NCBI GenBank assembly: GCA_951406725.2 | Contig: OX597831.1 | Coordinates: forward strand, 46,996,001 to 47,060,000 | Length of the DNA stretch: 64,000 nucleotides | Origin: Octopus vulgaris | Lineage: Eukaryota | Reading direction: 5' to 3' | Shown here: positions 51,306 through 64,000 of the stretch, one piece after another | Position numbering within the stretch: position 1 is the stretch's first letter | How the letters are laid out: every line of letters begins with the position of its first letter | Notes under the pieces: model-generated | Databases searched by the model: none | Told to the model about the DNA's origin: nothing | The model's input: only the letters and a program-made list of their open reading frames with translations | Made by a program: the position numbers and the translations under genes

Positions 51306-52506
51306 ATGCTGTGCTTGAGAAGGTAAAAATGGGCTTCTATCAAACCTTCTCCAAAAACTCATCTTCTAACACCAATTCTCCCATCAATCTTCTGCAGTAT
51401 CCTATTTCTTTCCTTCACTTCCCCTCCACTGAACTGCCGTTCTCTGTGTACAATTCATTCTCTGTCTCTCATCATTTGTCATGCTATACCAATACTAATA
51501 GTACCATTTTTAATAAATTACAAGAGTCGATGAAAGAATCTCCATGTTGTTGCTCCATCCCTTAGAAATAACAGCTAAATTACATTAAATCACATTGTAT
51601 CATAGCCATTGTCTTTTAATGTCTGTTCTCCATGCTGGCAAGGGTTGGACGGTTTGACAAGCTGGTTAGCTAGAGAGCTGCCCAGACTCTGTTGGTCTGT
51701 TTCGGCTGGGTTTCTACATCTGAATGCCTTTCCTAATGCCAATCACTTTACAGAGTATGCTGCATACTTTTTATGTGGTACTGGTACAGATGCTTTTACG
51801 TTGCACCATCACAAGCACTTTTATGTAGCACTTTATGGGCACTTTTACATGGCAGAGGCATGGCTGCTCTAATGTGGCACTGGCACAAGTGCTTTTACAT
51901 GGCACCAGTAGCCACAAGCCCACAAGACAAGAATCTCCTGGCTGAGAGAGGGATGTAGAGGACATGCTCGTATGCATGAACAGCCACAATTTTACTTAGC
52001 TTGGTGTGTCATCTCAAGCACAGCAAACTGACAGAAGTCTTGGTCACTTGTCATCTCCTCTGTGAGGTCCAATATCTGAAGATCTTTTCTCACCACTTCA
52101 TTTTCAAAAAAGCAAAAACAAAAAACACAAAATACAATGTAGATATGACCAAAAACATCCCTATTGTTGACCATATTGTTTTTTTATATAAGTCTGTTCA
52201 CTTAGGGCTGACCTGAAGTTAAAGAAGTCTGATAGGTAATAACATCAAAATATAACAGAACATAAGACTGGAGCCTGGTGCAGCCTTCTGGCTTCCCAGA
52301 TCCCCGGTCGAACCGTCCAACCCATGCTATCATGGAGAACGGACGTTAAACGATGATGATGATGATGATGATAAAATACAAATTAAGGAGACAACAGAGA
52401 AAAAACACAACACAATGCATTTAAAAAAAAAATAAATACACAGTTTTTAATATATCACAGGTAATGGCAAATCAACATGATTAGTGTTCACTTTAGGTAA
52501 TGTCCC

Positions 52507-52766
52507 TCATAAACGATCTTCTTCATTAACTCGTTCTATGAGGCTCTTGTATTCCAGTTCAAAGCAATAAATACGAATATGAGGGTAGTCCTTCTGTAAT
52601 TGAAATAGGAAAGTTGACTCCACTTTTTCACATGAAAACAGACCAAGAAAGTAAAGTTGGGTACAGTTTTCAGACACAAAGTTTACTCCTTTATTGGTAA
52701 TGTTGCTACAGAAACTGACATCAAGTTGTTCCAGTTTACTGCTATGCTTGGCAATAGCTATGAGGG
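52507..52766 (-). CDS. FBXL17: Gene B (FBXL17-like F-box/LRR protein) terminal exon
   Basis: (A)LIAIAKHSSKLEQLDVSFCSNITNKG...LYFLGLFSCEKV....QLQKDYPHI resembles the FBXL17 C-terminal LRRs. The pyrimidine-rich acceptor is at 52768-52767, phase 1. Confidence 0.8.
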
Positions 52767-54091
52767 CTGGAAGAAAAGAAAAGAGAAAGGTCAAACCAAA
52801 CAGACTATCAGTAATATTAGTTTGAAGTTTTGGCACAAGGACAGCAATTTTAGGGGAGCGGTTAAGTCAATTACATCGACCCCAGTCGATGTAATTGACT
52901 GTCAACTCTGAAAAGGTGAAAGGTAGAGGGGACATTGGTAGAATTTGAACTCAGAATGTACAGATGGATGAAATGCTGCTAAAGATTTTGCCTGGCATGC
53001 TAACAAACCTCCCAGCTCAATGCCTTACAAGAATATCAATATTGGATGTTGTAAATATGAGATTAAAAGAGAGTGGGAAAAAAAAACCACAGACAGGACT
53101 TCAACCATATCTATCATTTGCAGAGTGTCTTATAATCACTAATAGAGTTGCCTGGCAGAAGACAAGAGACATTGATTGATACATATCAGTCAGTCTTTCA
53201 CTTTAATACTTATCAGTGATATGAAATTTTAGCTGTTAATACAACGGAATACCATTTTTACTTCTTTTCCTGAAGTGACCACCTGGGTGCTATTTCTCCA
53301 TATCTTGTACTATCAACAGACTTTACTGAAGCAATGACATTTTATTCTTAGTTGCCTGCCTGTCCAATGACCATAGAAAAATAATGGTTCGTTTTCAGAG
53401 AGTTCTTTGGGATCCATTGTAGACCTGTTAGTAAAATACTGTTCAAGTGGATAGCTCTGTGACATGGGCCACTGCTAGTCTTCGATAAACAACCTTGCCC
53501 GGACTTGTGCCTCAGAAGGTAACTTTCTAGGTGAAATCCCATCATCATTCATGACTGAAGAGAGTCTTCCTATACAGTTGCAAACAGATGTGGACACCTG
53601 CTTGACTCTCAACCCTTTAACTCAACAGCACATCAAGGATATGACAGATAGGAAGGAGAAAAGGTTGCACCAGCACTCAGCAGACTGGAGTAATGTGAAA
53701 TGAAGTGCCTTGCTCAGGACACATTGTACTGTTCAGTCAAGGAATTATGACCATAAGCTAAAGACCCAAAACAACTAGGTTACATGCCTTCACACACATC
53801 CTACATTAATTCTGGTATCTGTGTGTGTGTGTGTGTGTGTGCATGATTGTTTAAACATTTCTGAAAAGTGCTGAGCTACAGGTGTCAAATGATATTATTT
53901 TCCATGTCAACAAATTGCTTGAAGATTTTTGTGCATTCAGAGGCATGTGAAATAAAAGATCCCTTACTTGTAAAAAAAAACAAACAAACAAAAGGTTAGC
54001 TTTACTGCAGGCTATTAACTTCAGAAATTACTAGAGTAAATGATAAAAACTTCAACTGACTCAATCAAAAATTATGGAAACAAACACTTAC

Positions 54092-54296
54092 CTTTGTCAG
54101 TAATGTTGCAACGTATACACTTTAGAATCCTGAGATTGCGAGCATTCTGCACCACAGCTGTTATGCAGTCGTCATCAACACAATCATTAAAACAAAGGGA
54201 CAGTGTTTGTAGTTTCAAACAATGTTTGGCAACTTCTTTGGCTGTGGTTGATGACATGTTGACAGAATTTAAATAAACATGCTTCAAATTGGGTAA
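54092..54296 (-). CDS. FBXL17: Gene B LRR exon
   Basis: LPNLKHVYL...KHCLKLQTLSLCFNDCVDDDCI...RNLRILKCIRCNITDK; ttgcAG acceptor, G|GTAAGT donor, 205 nt. Confidence 0.85.
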
Positions 54297-55896
54297 CTGC
54301 AAAAGATATATAATAAGCATCATCATTATCATCATCTTTTATCTTTCACTTGTTTCAGTCATTTGACTGCAGCCATGCTGGGGCATTACCTTGAAGGATT
54401 TTAGATGAATATATGAACCCAAGGACTGATTGTTTTAAGCCCAGTAATTATTCCATTGGTTCCTTTTACCAAACAGCTAAATTATGGGGACATAAACACC
54501 GGTTGTCAAGTGATGGTGGGGAACAAACACAGATACAAAGACATGCACAGATCATCATATATATGTATATATGACGGGCTTCTTTCAGTTTCTGTCTACC
54601 AAATCCATTCACAAGGCTCTGGTCGAGCCAAGGTTATAGTAGATGACACTTGCACAAGGTGCCATGCACTGAGACCAAACCCGGAAGCATGTGGTTGGGT
54701 AGCAAGAGCTTCTTAGCACACCAGCACCTACATTTGTTTTTACATTTTGGCACACAATGAATCAATGCGACTCAAAGTGTGTATTACCACCAGTTACTTA
54801 TCATTCATCATTTCAGCTGCAAAGCCTAATATCCTGAGATCTAACCTCCACCACTTCTAGATTTTTATCTATCATAGATACCCTCTACTATCAATACAAT
54901 AGCACTCGATATCCATTCTAAAAAAAACATTAATACCAGCACCACAACCACATCCTTGCATACATCAACGGATGTTTTTAATGCCCAGTAAGTCACCTGG
55001 CTTACTTGTGCTCTGAAACAAGTGAATAACAATATCAGATTCAGTGTGAAAAATTACATCAAGATACCAAATTTTAAAAATTTTCACTTAATTAAAAAAT
55101 TTCCTGGTTTTCTCACCAAAAGACACAAACACACACACATATACCATTGTTTTACCATCCAGCTTTCCATGCTCGCATGGGTTGAACAGAATTTGTTGAG
55201 GTAAACTTATGGTCAACCCTCACCTATTTCCAAATACGGTAATATTTCTCAACATGCTGCATGACAGGAAAATCAATTCATGACCATTAAGCAATATCAA
55301 AACAAGAAGGCATCAACTTGCAAACAACACACAAATATACACACTCACACACACAGATATGTGTATGTATATATGTGTATATTGTATACATATATGTATG
55401 TATGTATGTGTACATATATGTATTTGCATGCACATATAAATATATATATATATATATAGTATAAAAGATCGTGGGTAAGGCCAAAACAATGCAAAGTAAA
55501 TGCAAGGTAAAGCACAAGAAAACAAATATGTGAAATTCGTCTATTTTTTTGAAAATGGGGTCATAACCCCCGAAATATTGAATACAAGGTAAGTCTACAT
55601 TAATTAACACATTTGTTTTCTTGTGATTTACTCTGCATTGTTTTGGCCTTGCCCCCAATCCTTTATACAATATATTCTACACAATGCTTCATAGTAATTA
55701 TTCCTATATATATGTGTGTGTGTACACAGGTGAGCACATAAGTGAAAAACAAGGTGAAAAAATAGTACTCGAATACCAAAGGTAAAGTAATATACTTTTA
55801 ACTGAAGCTGCAAAATTATCACAGGACTGTTACTCAGAGTTTCATGTTCCCATTCACTGAACAATTGTGATGTATGTGTATACATACATGTGTGTG

Positions 55897-55930
<34 letters not shown>

Positions 55931-56297
55931 AGTATGATGAACTTACAGTTTCCATCAACTAAATCTACTCACAAGCTTTGATTGGCCTGAGGTTATAGTA
56001 GACATTTGCCCATGGTGCCATGAAATGGACTGAACCTGGAACCCATTGATTGAAAAACAAGCTTTTTAACCATACAGTCATATGTGATAGGCTTCCACAG
56101 AATTTGCGTTAATCAAATTCCATTTATAAGACATTGGCCAACCTGAAGGTTTGGTAGAAGACATATGGCTAATGTGTCACATTAGGATCAAATCTAGCCA
56201 CACCTACACATTGCTGTTAACTTATTCCTGTACTCGTGGTTATTTATCTAAATTGTGATTCTCCGTCAACCTACCTGATTGTCTATTCTTATTTATG

Positions 56298-56590
56298 TGT
56301 CCTTTTCAAGCCTAGCCAGGCTCATGAGCCCGGTTTCCATGAGGTATGTGTTCCCCCCAGCTGGATGGGACGCCAGTCCATCACAGCATTACTCAAGAAA
56401 CAGGAAGAAAGAGTGAGAAAAAGTTGGGGTGAAAGAGTACAACAGGGGTCGCCACCACCCCCTGCCGGAACCTCGTGGAGCTTTAGGTGTTTTCGCTCAA
56501 TAAACACACACAACGCCCAGTCTGGGAATTGAAACCGCTATCCTCTGACCACGAGTCCGCTGCCCTAACCACTGGGCCATTGCACCTCCA
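56298..56590 (-). mobile_element. Family B SINE (tail type 1)
   Basis: Matches 9641-9966, with several CpG-to-TpG/CpA changes. Confidence 0.88.
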
Positions 56591-56950
56591 TACCAGATTG
56601 TCTATGGAAGCTCTTATATACCAAATTGCTAATATTGAGATTCTACTTTCTCCTTCTCTATTATATCAAGCAAAAACACTTCCCAGATGGTACCATGATA
56701 TTGTAAAATTTATTACTTCAATTTTTGCTACCTGAGCCTTCCTTCACCTATAGCTCTTCACAGAATACTATGAGATGGCTGTTATTAGGATATTAAATTA
56801 ACAAGGGAATTCAGTCCTTATGAACAGTAGTAGGCTGGAGATAGAGCACTGGTGAATGCCTACCTGTACACTAAATTCATTAGTGGTCGTTGTCATTCCT
56901 AACCTTGTTTTACTTTCACACAAACAAAAGAAAAAAGGACTGGAACTTAC

Positions 56951-57052
56951 ATGACACAAGTTGACTAGATGGCTGTCTGTGAGAGGGCAGTCAGAAAGAT
57001 TGACATTTTCAAGTTGTTTACAATTCTGTAACATCCTAGCAAGGGAGTCAAC
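56951..57052 (-). CDS. FBXL17: Gene B LRR exon
   Basis: VDSLARMLQNCKQLENVNLSDCPLTDSHLVNLCH; ttttAG acceptor, GTAAGT donor, phase 0/0. Confidence 0.85.
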
Positions 57053-57841
57053 CTAAAACAAAGAATGGATATATCACAATACGTAGAATATACATGGAGA
57101 TTTAAATAACCTTGCCATCTGCTATGTCATCATCATTGCTTTAATGTCCAATTTTTTCACACTTGCGTAAGTCAGATGGAAGTTATCAGGCAGATTTTCT
57201 ACAGCCAGATGCTCTTTCTGTTGCCAACTTTTACCAATTTCCAAGCAATGGAATCTCCCCATTCATGCTTAGACCATGCTTTTATAGAATATTGGAAATG
57301 AATGATGTTCATTAACAACAATCACGTTTCATAGAAACAAGGAGGTTCAAATATACACACACTCGTACATACATACTGTGAAGACACATGGCTCAATGGT
57401 TAGAGCGTTGAACTTAGAACTGTGAGGTTGTGAATTCAAATCCTGGACTGGGCTGCGTGTTGTGTTCTTGAGCAAGACACTTTATTTCACGTTGCTACAG
57501 TCCACTCAGCTGTAGAAATGAGTTGCAACGTCACGAGTGCCAAGCTGTATCAGCCCCTTTGCCTTTCCCTTGGATAACATCAGTGGTGTAGAGAGGGGAG
57601 GCTGGTATGCATGGGTGACTGCTGGCCTTCCATAAACAACTTTGCCCGGACTTGTGCCTCACAGAGTAACTTTCTAGGTGCAATCCCATGGTCATTCATT
57701 ACAAGTTTTTACCTTTTGCCTAAGTTTAAAATACTAAATTGTACTTGCAAGTAAACTACAGAGCATCATAAACTACAAGTGAAAAAAATTTTTTAATAGA
57801 AATCCCATCATACAGATAAATGAGGAACAATATAGACTTAC

Positions 57842-57967
57842 AGCATCACAATGAGATAAGTTAATTAATTTCAGACGTGTACAGTAGTTGGCCATAGTGT
57901 CGACAGTTTCAGCATTTAAATGCCAACCAAAGCTGAGATGTGTGATACGCGGACAGTTATGAAATAT
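57842..57967 (-). CDS. FBXL17: Gene B LRR exon
   Basis: IFHNCPRITHLSFGWHLNAETVDTMANYCTRLKLINLSHCDA; ttttAG acceptor, GTAAGT donor, phase 0/0. Confidence 0.85.
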
Positions 57968-58933
57968 CTAAAAATAAAAAGAATTTTTTTTTTAAGTTTA
58001 TTTTGCAGAACCAAGATAAAAATGAGGAAACCATAAAGAGCTTAAGCATCAGTTAAACTTTGTAAACGGCTAAAAGGTTTAACAAACAAGGACCAAAATT
58101 TTTGGTGAGGGAACCAGGCAATTAGATCAACCCCAGTATGTAACTGGTACTTAATTTATCAACCCCGAAAAGATGAAAGACAAAGTCAACTTCGGCGGAA
58201 TTTGAACTCAGAATATAAAGTTATGAAACAAATAAAAAAAAAAATTTTTTTTAATAAATGCACTTATGATGGGAGGATTTTTTTTTGTTCTGGTTAGATG
58301 ACCAAAGATAAAAATTCTTGTTCTATTCCTCATAAGGATATTTAGTAGCTCTAACACAATACCACAAAACTATTAAAGATACAAAATTATATGTCACCAT
58401 TTACATTTCTTTAGTTTTATATTATTTAATAAAATATTACATTATTAATATAAAATATAAATATACAATTGAATTATATTAATATATTTCACTTATTTAA
58501 ATGGATTCAATGGTTGCTTCATTGACTGTTCATTTTAGATTCAATAAATACATAATGCTTAGGTTAGCAGAGAACCTGTAAAGGGGTCATATGACCTGCT
58601 AGAAAGAGCAGCCAAGTCACCATCAAGATACACTCTACTACCTTGAAAATACAGGGTCACAAAGGATAATGTAGTCCAAGATATGCAATGAAAGAAAGGA
58701 GAGATTGGGCATAAATGGGACACCTTTGATCAAAGGTCTACTTGGTCAGGACAGACAAGGTTCACATTACAAGAAAAACATACTTCCTTGATTTATGTAA
58801 TGAAAATAATAGAGTTTAAATAAAATGTTTCAGGTCTAAAAGCTACAACTGGATTGATAGGGAATCAGCTTATCAGATTCATAGTTATCCCATATCATTG
58901 GAGTTAAATTCTTATCTTGATAATCACCCAACT

Positions 58934-59162
58934 TTAATCCTTTAGCATTTAAACCGACCAAATCCAGTCAAAATATTCTACCAGTTTTATGTTCAAACCA
59001 GCTGGATCTGGCCTCTCATACCTACCCTAGATTGTCATTCTAAAAATCAACAATCACATCACTGAAATCTCAACGCCATAAAATAATGCACGATTAATTA
59101 AAAACAATATGAATAAATAAGTACAACATTTGACAAGAGTAATCTGAATGTGAAAGGGTTAA
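58934..59162 (+). mobile_element. piggyBac-type MITE
   Basis: TTAATCCTTTAGCATTT...AATGTGAAAGGGTTAA. Confidence 0.85.
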
Positions 59163-59413
59163 ACAGTAGTAAATAGCTACTAGGAAAAAATACAGCTTTA
59201 GCACAAAGCCAGAATTTAAGGGAAATATACATACTTGACAAGTACTTAATCTATTGACCGTGTAAGAATGAAAGGCTAAATATAACTCTGCGATTTCCAG
59301 TTTTACACACACACACAACATTTTAAGCAAGCAGAGGCATATTTTATGCAGTGTTTTATTAATTCCACATTTTCTTATGTCATCCTGCTCAACATGTACC
59401 TCTTTTGAAATAT

Positions 59414-59803
59414 TTAACCCTTTAGCATTTAAACTGGCCATATCCAGCCCCAATACCCTATCTGCTTTTTGTTTAAACTGGTCAGGTCCAGCTTATCACA
59501 CCTACCCTACATTGTCATTCTAATACTAAGAAATCATATCATTGGAATCTCAAAACTGAGATAATTCATGATTAATTCAAAGTAATGTGAACAAATAAGC
59601 ATTACTTTTGATAGAGTAATCATCATCATTTAACGTCCGCTTTCCATGCTAGCATGGGTTGGACGATTTGACTGAGGTCTGGTGAACCAGACTCCAATGT
59701 GATCTGGCAGAGTTTCTACAGCTGGATGCCCTTCCTAACGCCAACCACTCCGAGAGTGTAGTGGGTGCTTTTACGTGCCAGTAATCTGAAGTTAAAGAGT
59801 TAA
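59414..59803 (+). mobile_element. piggyBac-type MITE carrying a 5'-truncated RTE insertion (59622-59779)
   Basis: TTAACCCTTTAGC...GTTAAAGAGTTAA. The insert is flanked by the TSD AGTAATC at 59615-59621 and 59780-59786. Confidence 0.85.
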
Positions 59804-59843
59804 ATGTAAAACTTTTATTGAATTACTGAAGGCATGAACTTAC

Positions 59844-59899
59844 ATCGTTAGTCCTGTTTCTGCTGAATGACAACACGATGCCCCACTCATATTTTAATC
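59844..59899 (-). CDS. Candidate short gene B exon (reading frame ambiguous)
   Basis: ttttatcAG acceptor and GTAAGT donor bracket 56 nt. The phase-compatible frame reads LKYEWGIVLSFSRNRTND. Confidence 0.4.
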
Positions 59900-60749
59900 C
59901 TGATAAAAATTAATTAATGTGTTTAAAATATGTATTATACTTGATCTAAATAGTTATTTCTACAGAAATCCACATGTCCAAACACTCAGCACTTCTTAGC
60001 ACCTCCTCGATACTTACTTCTCCTTTTGTGAGCTTACAACTACAAAGGGGCACCATTATCCAGACTAAGAACTATTTGACTAACCCAACAGGATTTGCAA
60101 CTGGACGTTTGACCAATTACTAATATTTCTATTAGATATAACCTGTGGTAAGCTAATGTGCCATCTAGCAGAGAAAAAATACCTTTAAACCATTCAGCAC
60201 TTTGAAAACAACAATAACAGTGGACAAACTTCATTACATGGACATAAAAATTATTGTTACTTGATTTTTTTTTTTTACATTAATAACTTCACTACTGCTA
60301 TTGGAATTTGTATATTTGTTTGCTCAATGTCTGTTTTTTCATGTTAGCATGGGCTGGACAAGGACATCTTAGAGCAAGGTTTTACACCCAGATGTTGTTT
60401 TTAAGTAAAGAATTTCTTATTCCAAATGCCTTTGAAAGTGCAGAGCGACTGGTCATAATGTTAGCAAGGAATGTAAGCATATCACTGTTTTGTTCAAGCA
60501 AAGGCATGGGATACTAACATACATACATACATACACACACACTTGTAGAATGAGCTACCAACAGTTTCTGTCTACCACATTCACTTACAAGGGATTGGTT
60601 AGCCAAGGGCTGCAGTAGAAACCACTTGCCCAAGTACCTCAGTAGGGTTGAACTGGAAAGCACATGGTTGCAAAGCAAACCTCTAAACCACAGAGCAAAG
60701 TGTGCACCTTTGTTGCTACACAAATCTATACACATTTAAACAAGCCATC

Positions 60750-61828
60750 ACATCATCATCGTTTAACGTCCGTTCTCCATGCTAGCATGGGTTGGACGGT
60801 TCAACCGGGGATCTGGGAAGCCAGAAGGCTGCACCAGGCTCCAGTCTGATCTGGCAGTGTTTCTACAGCTGGATGCCCTTCCTAACGCCAACCATTCCGT
60901 AAGTGTAGTGGGTGCATTTTACGTGCCACCGGCACAGGTGCCAGGTGAGGCTGGCAACGGCCACGATCAGATTGGTGCTTTTTATGTGCCACCAGCACGG
61001 AAGCCAGTCAAGGCGGTAATGGCATCGGCCACATTCGGATGGTGCTTTTTACGTGCAACCAGCATGGAAGCCAGTCAAGGCAGTGCTGGCATCGGCCACA
61101 TTCGGATGGTGCTTTTTACATGCAACCGATACAGGGATCACAACTGCAGTTTCCATTGATTTTTGATGTTGGTGTACTTGACTCAATGGATCTTCTCAGG
61201 CACAGGGTCGAAACAGTGTTTCTTTACTTGGCACCTGCACAGGAGTCAGTCCAGCGACACTGGCAACTGCCGGGTGCCAGTCATAGGATTGGTTCAATTT
61301 CGATTCTGATTTCACTTGCCCCAACAGGTCTTCACAAGCAGAGTTTAGTGTCCAATGAGGGAGGTTGGCATGGGTGCCAGTCGTCGGATGAGGTTCAATT
61401 TCGAATTCGACTTTGCTTGCCTCAACAGGTCTTTGTGTGTCCAAGGAAGGAAATGCATGCATAAGTGGGCTGGCTACATCCCTGGCAAGGGACACGGGAT
61501 GGACTCACTTGTCCTGCCGGGTCTTCTCACACACAGCATATTTCCAAAGGTCTTGGTCACTAGTCATTGCCTCGGTGAGGCCTAATGTTCGAAGGTCGTG
61601 CTTCACCTCCTCGTCCCAGGTTTTCCTAGGTCTACCTCTTCCATGGGTTCCCTCAACCGCTAGGGATTGGCACTTTTTCACACACCTATCTTCATCCATT
61701 CTCGCCACATGACCATACCAGCGCAATCGTCTCTCTTGCACACCACAGCTGATGCTTCTTAGGTCCAGCTTTGTTCTCAAGGTACTTACACTCTGTCGAG
61801 TATGTACACTGACATTGCATATCCATCT
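60750..61828 (-). mobile_element. 5'-truncated RTE LINE: ORF C-terminus, about 750-nt 3' UTR and (GAT)n tail
   Basis: LRWICNVS...ERRLRWYGHVARMDEDRCVKK...GRGRPRKTWDEEVKHDL..LGL, with the stop at 61505. Confidence 0.9.
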
Positions 61829-62635
61829 CAACCACATGGCTCTTGGTTCAATCCCACTGCATGGTACCTTAGGCAAGTGTCTGCTACTATTGCCTTGGCC
61901 CGACAAAAGCCTTGTGAGTGGATTTGGTAGTCAGAAACTAAAAGAAGCCTGCCATATACATATACACACATAAGTGTGTGTGTTGTAGTGTCTGTCCCCC
62001 ATCAGTGCTTGACAACCAGTGTTGGTGTGTTTACAACCCTACGATTTAGTAGTTCAGCAAAAGAGACTGAAAGAATAAGTACCAGCAGGCTTAAAAAAAA
62101 AAAGTACTGGAGTCAATTCATTCGACTGAAAATTCTTCAAGGCGTTGCTCCAGCATGGCTACAGTCAAATGTCTGAAACAAGCATAAAAAAAACAAAAAA
62201 AAAACTCAAGAATGTATAATGTACATAGAAGTGAAAACAAGAGATATCAACAGACCTTTACGATAGTGGGATTGGTTACACAGAAACAATCATCAAGGTA
62301 TAATTGCTCAAGATCATGTTGATTTTCTGCTATCAGTTGAATGGTTGAATCAGGAAGAGAACAGCATCTAGAGAACAGGGCATCAATAACGACAAATCAA
62401 AAATCCACCTTGTCACCAAATGTAACCAATCACAAACATTCCAATCAAATCATTATGAATAAAAGCTGATAATTACTGATTATCCAGTTGTAATTACCAA
62501 CATAAACATATCATTTAATGGCAATCACATGAATATACTGATTACTATATTTTCCCCTTTTATTTAAATAACTCAAAGTGCAGACATGATTGTATGATTA
62601 AGAAGCTCTGTGGTTAATCCCATTGTACAGCACCT

Positions 62636-62862
62636 TAACCCTTTAGCATTTAATCTGATCATATCCAGCCTAACTATTCTCTCTGATTTATGTTGAAACC
62701 AACCAGATCCAACCTCTCGTGCCTACCCGAAAATGTTGTTCTTAAAATAAACAATTACATCTTTGAAATCTCAAAGCTACAAGATAAAGCAGGAGTAATT
62801 CAGAACAATGTGAATAAGTAAGCATTATATTTGACAGAGTAATCTGAATTGTAGAGGGGTGA
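62636..62862 (+). mobile_element. piggyBac-type MITE (decayed right end)
   Basis: TTAACCCTTTAGCATTTAA start, with the same body as 58934-59162. Confidence 0.8.
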
Positions 62863-64000
62863 GCGAATGTCTTCTGTAGCTTTGGACAAACAGTGCAGAG
62901 GTATCTAGAACTGTACCTATATTTTGGTGACAGACTTAATCCATTGCTCAGTTTAACATTACAGTTTGATTCTTGATTTGCATTTAGTAGAGTCCACTCA
63001 GTCTGAGGATGACTCTTGAGTCATGGTTTCTAATCTCAGATGCCTTGCAAAAAGGCCATAGGTACTGCCCTTCTCCCTCTGACCAAGACATAAAAATATT
63101 AAAACATCAAAAACATTCGAACCATTCAACCCTACGACTGTCTATATGTAAATTCATTTAATGTCAGATAATTCCATCTTGACATTACAACCCACCAAAA
63201 ATACTTGTGAGTGTGGGGACCACTAGCAGTGGAGAACACAAGTGGACCTGGTCGGCTCTACGCATGGCGACATCTCTGCGACCACTAACCAGGGATGACC
63301 CCCAGCCTAATCAAGCAAGTGCACAAAGTACTAAGTGAAGCGATTGTCCTTCTCTTAACTGCTCTTCAGCCAAGTAAATGGGAGAGGAGAAATCAAGTAC
63401 TTTATGCAAGACAAAGTAATGCTGGAATATGAGCTAATAGCTCTCCTACAAAGAGAACAATAGCTTATCCAATCAGCCACTAGTGTATGCAATCTCAATC
63501 TCACTTGATTCACTCACTTTTGAACCCCTATGAAACTGCATTCTTAACATATCTTTACTTTTGGGGGCTTGGAAAAGCCATGGGTACTGCTTCGTCTTCC
63601 TCAGACAATCAAATAAAAACAAAAAGTTATTTTTGATAGACACTTTTCTATACTTACACTGAAACCCCAAAACCAAAAGATTACTAATATAAAGTTTACA
63701 ATATCTATTATTATAATAATTTCTTTCAAATTTTGGAATGAGGCCAGCAATTCTGAGAGGTGGACATCAATTTATGAAAATATGTGGCCTAGTGGTTCGG
63801 GGTGTTACTCATGATTGCAAGACAGTGGTTTTGATTCCTAGACTGGGCAGTACATTGTATTCTTGAGTAAATCACTTCATTTCACATTACTCCTATCCAC
63901 TAAACTTTAAATGAGTAGCCCTGCAGTGTACTGGCATCCCTTTCATGGGGAGTGTTGTTATCTTGGTCACTTATATACCATGGAAACGAGTTAACAGGCT

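Noticed and set aside
60017-60234. Further upstream exon of gene B (GTAAGT donor near 60016)
   Set aside because: No LRR- or F-box-like open frame could be supported by eye.

Overview
AT-rich, microsatellite- and SINE-dense animal genomic DNA. The repeat landscape suggests an octopus-like coleoid cephalopod (inference). Two spliced minus-strand genes can be built by hand from in-phase GT-AG exons. Gene A has coding exons 42174-42094, 27754-27583 and 21414-20396 (about 423 aa) and tentatively resembles AUNIP/C1orf135. Gene B is the 3' part of an FBXL17-like F-box/LRR gene, with exons from about 59.9 kb down to the stop at 52507. The rest is a layered set of mostly dead mobile DNA: mariner, Tc1, hAT (Buster/GTF2IRD2-type), piggyBac, Merlin/IS1595-like, Penelope-like GIY-YIG, RTE LINE, a Helentron-like element, at least four tRNA-SINE families, MITEs, and a young 97-bp tandem array. 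The most unusual signal is a set of short, mostly fold-back, non-coding elements at 13-31 kb that carry minimal hammerhead-ribozyme motifs. Different families show C3-G8, U3-A8 and G3-C8 at the catalytic-core tertiary pair, and three others show U4C. Nearly all long ORFs in the supplied track are microsatellite artefacts.
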